Below, in pieces: positions 60,681 through 64,000 of a stretch of DNA of 64,000 nt. The stretch covers positions 6,432,001-6,496,000 of the forward strand of contig CAVTTN010000002.1 of NCBI GenBank assembly GCA_963737655.1. Reading direction: 5' to 3'. Below the pieces are notes generated by a model. That model saw only the letters and a list, made by a program, of their open reading frames with translations. It did no database searches and was not told where the DNA came from. A program made the translations under genes and the position numbers. The stretch is from an uncultured Planctomycetota bacterium (GTDB lineage Bacteria > Planctomycetota > Planctomycetia > Isosphaerales > Isosphaeraceae). The first letter of the stretch is position 1; each line of letters starts with the position of its first letter.

Positions 60681-62408
60681 TCAGGCCCGTTCGCGGAAGG
60701 CGGCCAGGGCCTTCGCCACCGAGGCTGGCGCCTTCGCGTTCAGGACGTCCGACGCCTCCAGGCCCGCTCTTCTGGCCACTCCGATCCCGAAATCCAGGTT
60801 CGCGAAGCCTCCGGTGGAGTGGGCGTCGGGGTTGATCACGATCGGGATTCCCAGTTTTTTCGCCTTCCGGCAGTGGTCGGCGTCGAGGTCCAGGCGGTGG
60901 GGGTCGGCGTTGATCTCGATGGCCGTCCCGGCCTTCGCGGCGGCCTGGAGGACCCGGTCCAGGTCCACCGCGTAGGCGTCTCGCGAGAGCAAAAGACGGC
61001 CGGTCGGGTGGCCGAGCATCGTGACCCTCGGGTTCTCGACCGCCTGGCAGATCCGTTGCGTCATCGCCTCGCGATCGAGCCCGAAATTCGAGTGGACGCT
61101 CGCGACGACGTAATCGAACCCGGCCAGGACGTCGTCGGGGAAGTCGAGCGAGCCGTCCGCGAGGATGTCGCACTCCGTGCCCTTGTAGACATGAAATTTC
61201 TTGCCGAGTTTTGCATTCAAGGCGTCGATCTCGGCCCATTGCTTGCGGACTCGGTCGATCGACAGTCCTCCGGCGTAGGCGGCGGCCCGGGAGTGGTCGG
61301 CGATCCCGAGATATTTCAACCCGAAAGACATGGCGGCCTCGGCCATCTCGTCGAGCGTCGCGCCGCCGTCGCTCCAGTCGGTGTGGCAGTGGAAGGTGCC
61401 GGTGAGGTCGTCGAGCTCGATCAATCGGGGGATCGGCCCGCGCTCGGCCATCTCGAACTCGCCGACGTCCTCGCGGAGCTCGGGGGGGATGTAGGCGAGG
61501 CCCAGGGCGGCGAAAAGCTCCGCCTCGTCGCGGCAGGGGACCGGCCCGTTCGGGCCTTCGAGCCGGTATTCGTTCAGGGTCATGTCGCGGGCGAGGGCAC
61601 GTCGCCTCATGGCGATGTTGTGGGCCTTCGAGCCGGTGAAATAGTGGAGGGCGAACGGGAATTCGGAGTCGGAGACGCCCCGGACGTCGCACTGCACCCC
61701 TTCGGCCAGCCTCACGCTCGCCTTCGTCGGCCCGTGGGCGAGCACCTGCGCCACCTCGGGCCGCGTCACGAAGGCGTCGAGGATGGGTCCGGGATGCTCG
61801 GAGGAGAACAGGATGTCGAGGTCGCCGATGGTGTCGGCCCTCCGGCGGAGGCTCCCGCAGACCTCGGCGCGGATCACGCCTTTCGACGTCTTCACGACTT
61901 CAAACAAGGGGGAGACGAGCCGTCGGGCGGTGCTCTGCAAGATCCGGTCGCCGCTCTTTTCGAGGAAGGCGATCCCTTCGAGGATCTTGGCCTGGGTCTT
62001 GGCGCCAAAACCCTTCGCATGGGCGATCTCGTCGGCCTCGGCGGCGCGGCGGAGGTCGGCGAGGCTCTCGATCTTGAGATCCTCGTGGAGCGTCTTGATC
62101 TTCTTCGGCCCGAGCCCGGGGACCCGCAACAGGGCGACGAGGCCGGGCGGGGTCTCGCGGCGGAGGGCCTCGTATTCGGGGAGATTGCCGGTCGTCACGA
62201 GCCGGGCGATCTTGGCGAACATGGTCGCGCCGATGCCCGGGACGTCCTTCAAGGACTCATCGTCGATCATCGCCGACAGGTCCTCGGGCAAGCCCTTGAG
62301 CGCCTGGGCCGCGTTATGATAGGCCCGGCAGCGGAACGCATTCTCGCCCCGGACTTCCAGGAGGGTGCCCATCTCGTCGAGGACTCGGGCGACTCGGGCG
62401 GTTTCCAT
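60681..62408 (-). CDS. polX: DNA polymerase X / PHP 3'-5' exonuclease
   Basis: GENAFR, VPGLGPKK, GSLRR, GDLD, FTGSKAHN; PHP HCHT, DHS, GHPTGR, PDAH. Confidence 0.96.
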   Translation of the reverse strand: METARVARVLDEMGTLLEVRGENAFRCRAYHNAAQALKGLPEDLSAMIDDESLKDVPGIGATMFAKIARLVTTGNLPEYEALRRETPPGLVALLRVPGLGPKKIKTLHEDLKIESLADLRRAAEADEIAHAKGFGAKTQAKILEGIAFLEKSGDRILQSTARRLVSPLFEVVKTSKGVIRAEVCGSLRRRADTIGDLDILFSSEHPGPILDAFVTRPEVAQVLAHGPTKASVRLAEGVQCDVRGVSDSEFPFALHYFTGSKAHNIAMRRRALARDMTLNEYRLEGPNGPVPCRDEAELFAALGLAYIPPELREDVGEFEMAERGPIPRLIELDDLTGTFHCHTDWSDGGATLDEMAEAAMSFGLKYLGIADHSRAAAYAGGLSIDRVRKQWAEIDALNAKLGKKFHVYKGTECDILADGSLDFPDDVLAGFDYVVASVHSNFGLDREAMTQRICQAVENPRVTMLGHPTGRLLLSRDAYAVDLDRVLQAAAKAGTAIEINADPHRLDLDADHCRKAKKLGIPIVINPDAHSTGGFANLDFGIGVARRAGLEASDVLNAKAPASVAKALAAFRERA

Positions 62409-62439
62409 CGAGGCGGGCTCCCGGGAATCGAAGCGAAGT

Positions 62440-62500
62440 TCGTAGGGCAGGCCTCGGCCTGCCGGGCGGATGCGACCGCAGGCCGAGGCCTGCCCTACGA
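62440..62500. repeat. GTAG-type REP doublet
   Basis: Perfect 23-bp arms tcgtagggcaggcctcggcctgc ... gcaggccgaggcctgccctacga. Confidence 0.85.
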
Positions 62501-62550
62501 GGGTCCGTCGAGTGACGTCCGCGGGAGCATGTTACCCGACGGTGGGCGAG

Positions 62551-62811
62551 TCATCCGGGGTCCTTCATCCCGAACATCTCGGCGAGTTCGTCGGTGAAGT
62601 CGTCGAAGTCGGGAGCCATCCAGATCCGGCCCCGCCATTGGCCTCCGACTCGCGGCGTGTTGTCTTCCTCTCCGGTCTTCGGCGGCTCGACTGAGACGAG
62701 GCGGACGGCGGGCTTGCCGTCGCGGGCGATCACGATCTCCTCGCCGGCCTCGGCCCGGGCGATCAGCTCGGCGAGGTGGGAGGATGCATCGTGGATGTCG
62801 GTCGTGGGCAT
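62551..62811 (-). CDS. Phd/YefM family antitoxin (orphan)
   Basis: IHDASSHLAELIARAEAGEEIVIARDGKPAVRLV, GRIWMAPDFDD; GAGGAGG RBS. Confidence 0.9.
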   Translation of the reverse strand: MPTTDIHDASSHLAELIARAEAGEEIVIARDGKPAVRLVSVEPPKTGEEDNTPRVGGQWRGRIWMAPDFDDFTDELAEMFGMKDPG

Positions 62812-62936
62812 GGCGGCCTCCTCGGTCGGCTTCAGTCTAACCCGCGTCCCGGAGGGCCGACAATCGCAGCGAGGCCGAACCGAGGGGGAGTCCGCGCCGG
62901 GCGGATCGTTCCCCCTCGGATCGAGGCGCCAGGTGG

Positions 62937-63488
62937 TTATTCGCCGGTGTCGTCGCGGAGGGGAACCCCGTGGAGGACCGCCTGGACGACGATCTTCTCG
63001 GCCGCGGCATCGACGACCTTGTTCAGGGGGACCTTGGACGACGAGCCATCCTTCTTCTCGCAGACGAGGTAGTAGTTCGTCTGGGTCCGGCGGCCGTGGG
63101 TGACCTCCTTGACCTGGCGGATCTGGAGCAGGTCGGCGAACTTCACGTCGTGGACCGTCCCGCCATAGATCCCCGTCTGGACGCGGAACCCCGAGGGGGA
63201 GACCGTCACCGTGTCCATCCAGATCGACGGCCCGAACCCGACGACCCCGAGGACGCCGAGGATCATCAGGGTCCAGGAGAACCTCGTGGTCTTCTTGCGG
63301 AGGGCCCAGCCGGCCGGCGCGGCCACCGCCCCGGCGATCATCACCGCGACCGGAATCCACCAGTCGTAGCGGTACGTGAACGTATCTCCGTTCTGGGTCT
63401 CCTGGACGCACCCCGCCAGAGAGGCAAGGGCCAGGGCCAGGACCAAGAGGCGCCCGCGCCGGTCGATCATCGTCGGAAAAGCCGCCAT
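62937..63488 (-). CDS. Membrane lipoprotein-like hypothetical protein
   Basis: Lipobox LAGC, two further hydrophobic helices, beta-rich C-terminus. Confidence 0.7.
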   Translation of the reverse strand: MAAFPTMIDRRGRLLVLALALASLAGCVQETQNGDTFTYRYDWWIPVAVMIAGAVAAPAGWALRKKTTRFSWTLMILGVLGVVGFGPSIWMDTVTVSPSGFRVQTGIYGGTVHDVKFADLLQIRQVKEVTHGRRTQTNYYLVCEKKDGSSSKVPLNKVVDAAAEKIVVQAVLHGVPLRDDTGE

Positions 63489-63734
63489 CGCCATCCTCTC
63501 GCGGTTCGAAGGATCCCTTCCGGGTCGGCCGCCGACCCGATCCGGGAACATGATGGCATGAGTTCGTGCCTCTGTCCACCCGACGGCTCGGGTTCGGGCG
63601 GTTCGTGGAGGGAAGCCGGGTCACATGCGATCACGACGGCTTCGCGGGGTTCGGCCCTGGCGATCGGCCCGGGCGGGTGGGAGGATGCGTCAGAAGGTGC
63701 TCTCCTCAGACCGCGTGAGTGAGGGAGGTTCGCG

Positions 63735-64000
63735 ATGGCGGATGCGAAGCCGGGGCCGAGGGTTCTTCCAGCGTGGTGGGCCGGAGTGGTGGGAGGGGCG
63801 GTGTCGACGACCCTGGCCATGCTCCTGCTCTGCCCCATCGCGAGCCTGATTCCCCGCACGAGGCCGTCGGGCGTTCCTTACTTTGCGGGGGAGTGGATCG
63901 AGGTGTTGCTGATCGCGAGCATCGTCGGGGGCCTGGTGATCGGCGCGCCGATGGGCCTGATCGGTGGGCTGATGGGCGGGTTTTGGAGGCGCTATGACCT
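63735..64000 (+). CDS. Membrane protein, N-terminal part (runs off window)
   Basis: GGAGGT RBS; open frame MADAKPGPRVLPAWWAGVVGG...IASIVGGLVIGAPMGLIGGLMGGF to the window end; absent from the ORF track. Confidence 0.6.
   Translation, partial: MADAKPGPRVLPAWWAGVVGGAVSTTLAMLLLCPIASLIPRTRPSGVPYFAGEWIEVLLIASIVGGLVIGAPMGLIGGLMGGFWRRYD

Noticed and set aside
58006..61692. 1228-aa ORF as a single protein
   Set aside because: The part upstream of 60303 is an off-frame read of polX and a repeat-containing intergenic region; the real gene starts at MNGLVLAL

Overview
GC-rich bacterial chromosomal window with Planctomycetota (probably Isosphaeraceae-like) hallmarks: a DUF1501 + PSD1/DUF1553 cytochrome pair, two DUF4058 genes, 'LEaRxLLS' N-terminal motifs and large Ser/Thr kinases. 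Housekeeping genes (galK, metK, an rsmH paralog, ptsN-HPr-ptsI, TIGR03936-rne, rplU, nrdJ, polX) are interleaved with accessory genes. At least six genes are broken by single-base indels, mostly in G/C runs, which most likely reflects assembly error. The most notable observations: (1) a methanethiol-oxidase-like propeller plus SCO pair that appears to lack both TTQ tryptophans and has no mauG; (2) a translationally coupled HEPN + BolA/degenerate-MNT-like pair; (3) a soluble protein with three tandem kinase domains; (4) a kinase fused through a TM helix to a polyglycine-hydrolase-like ectodomain; (5) a coupled BNR propeller + ubiquitin-like (GG) pair; (6) a decayed hpf relic before ptsN; (7) an ECF42 sigma with its consensus promoter ahead of a DGPF gene; (8) nine intergenic REP/REPIN-like palindromes from several families. 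No rRNA, tRNA, CRISPR array or transposase was recognised. All family calls come from reading motifs by eye; no database search was run.
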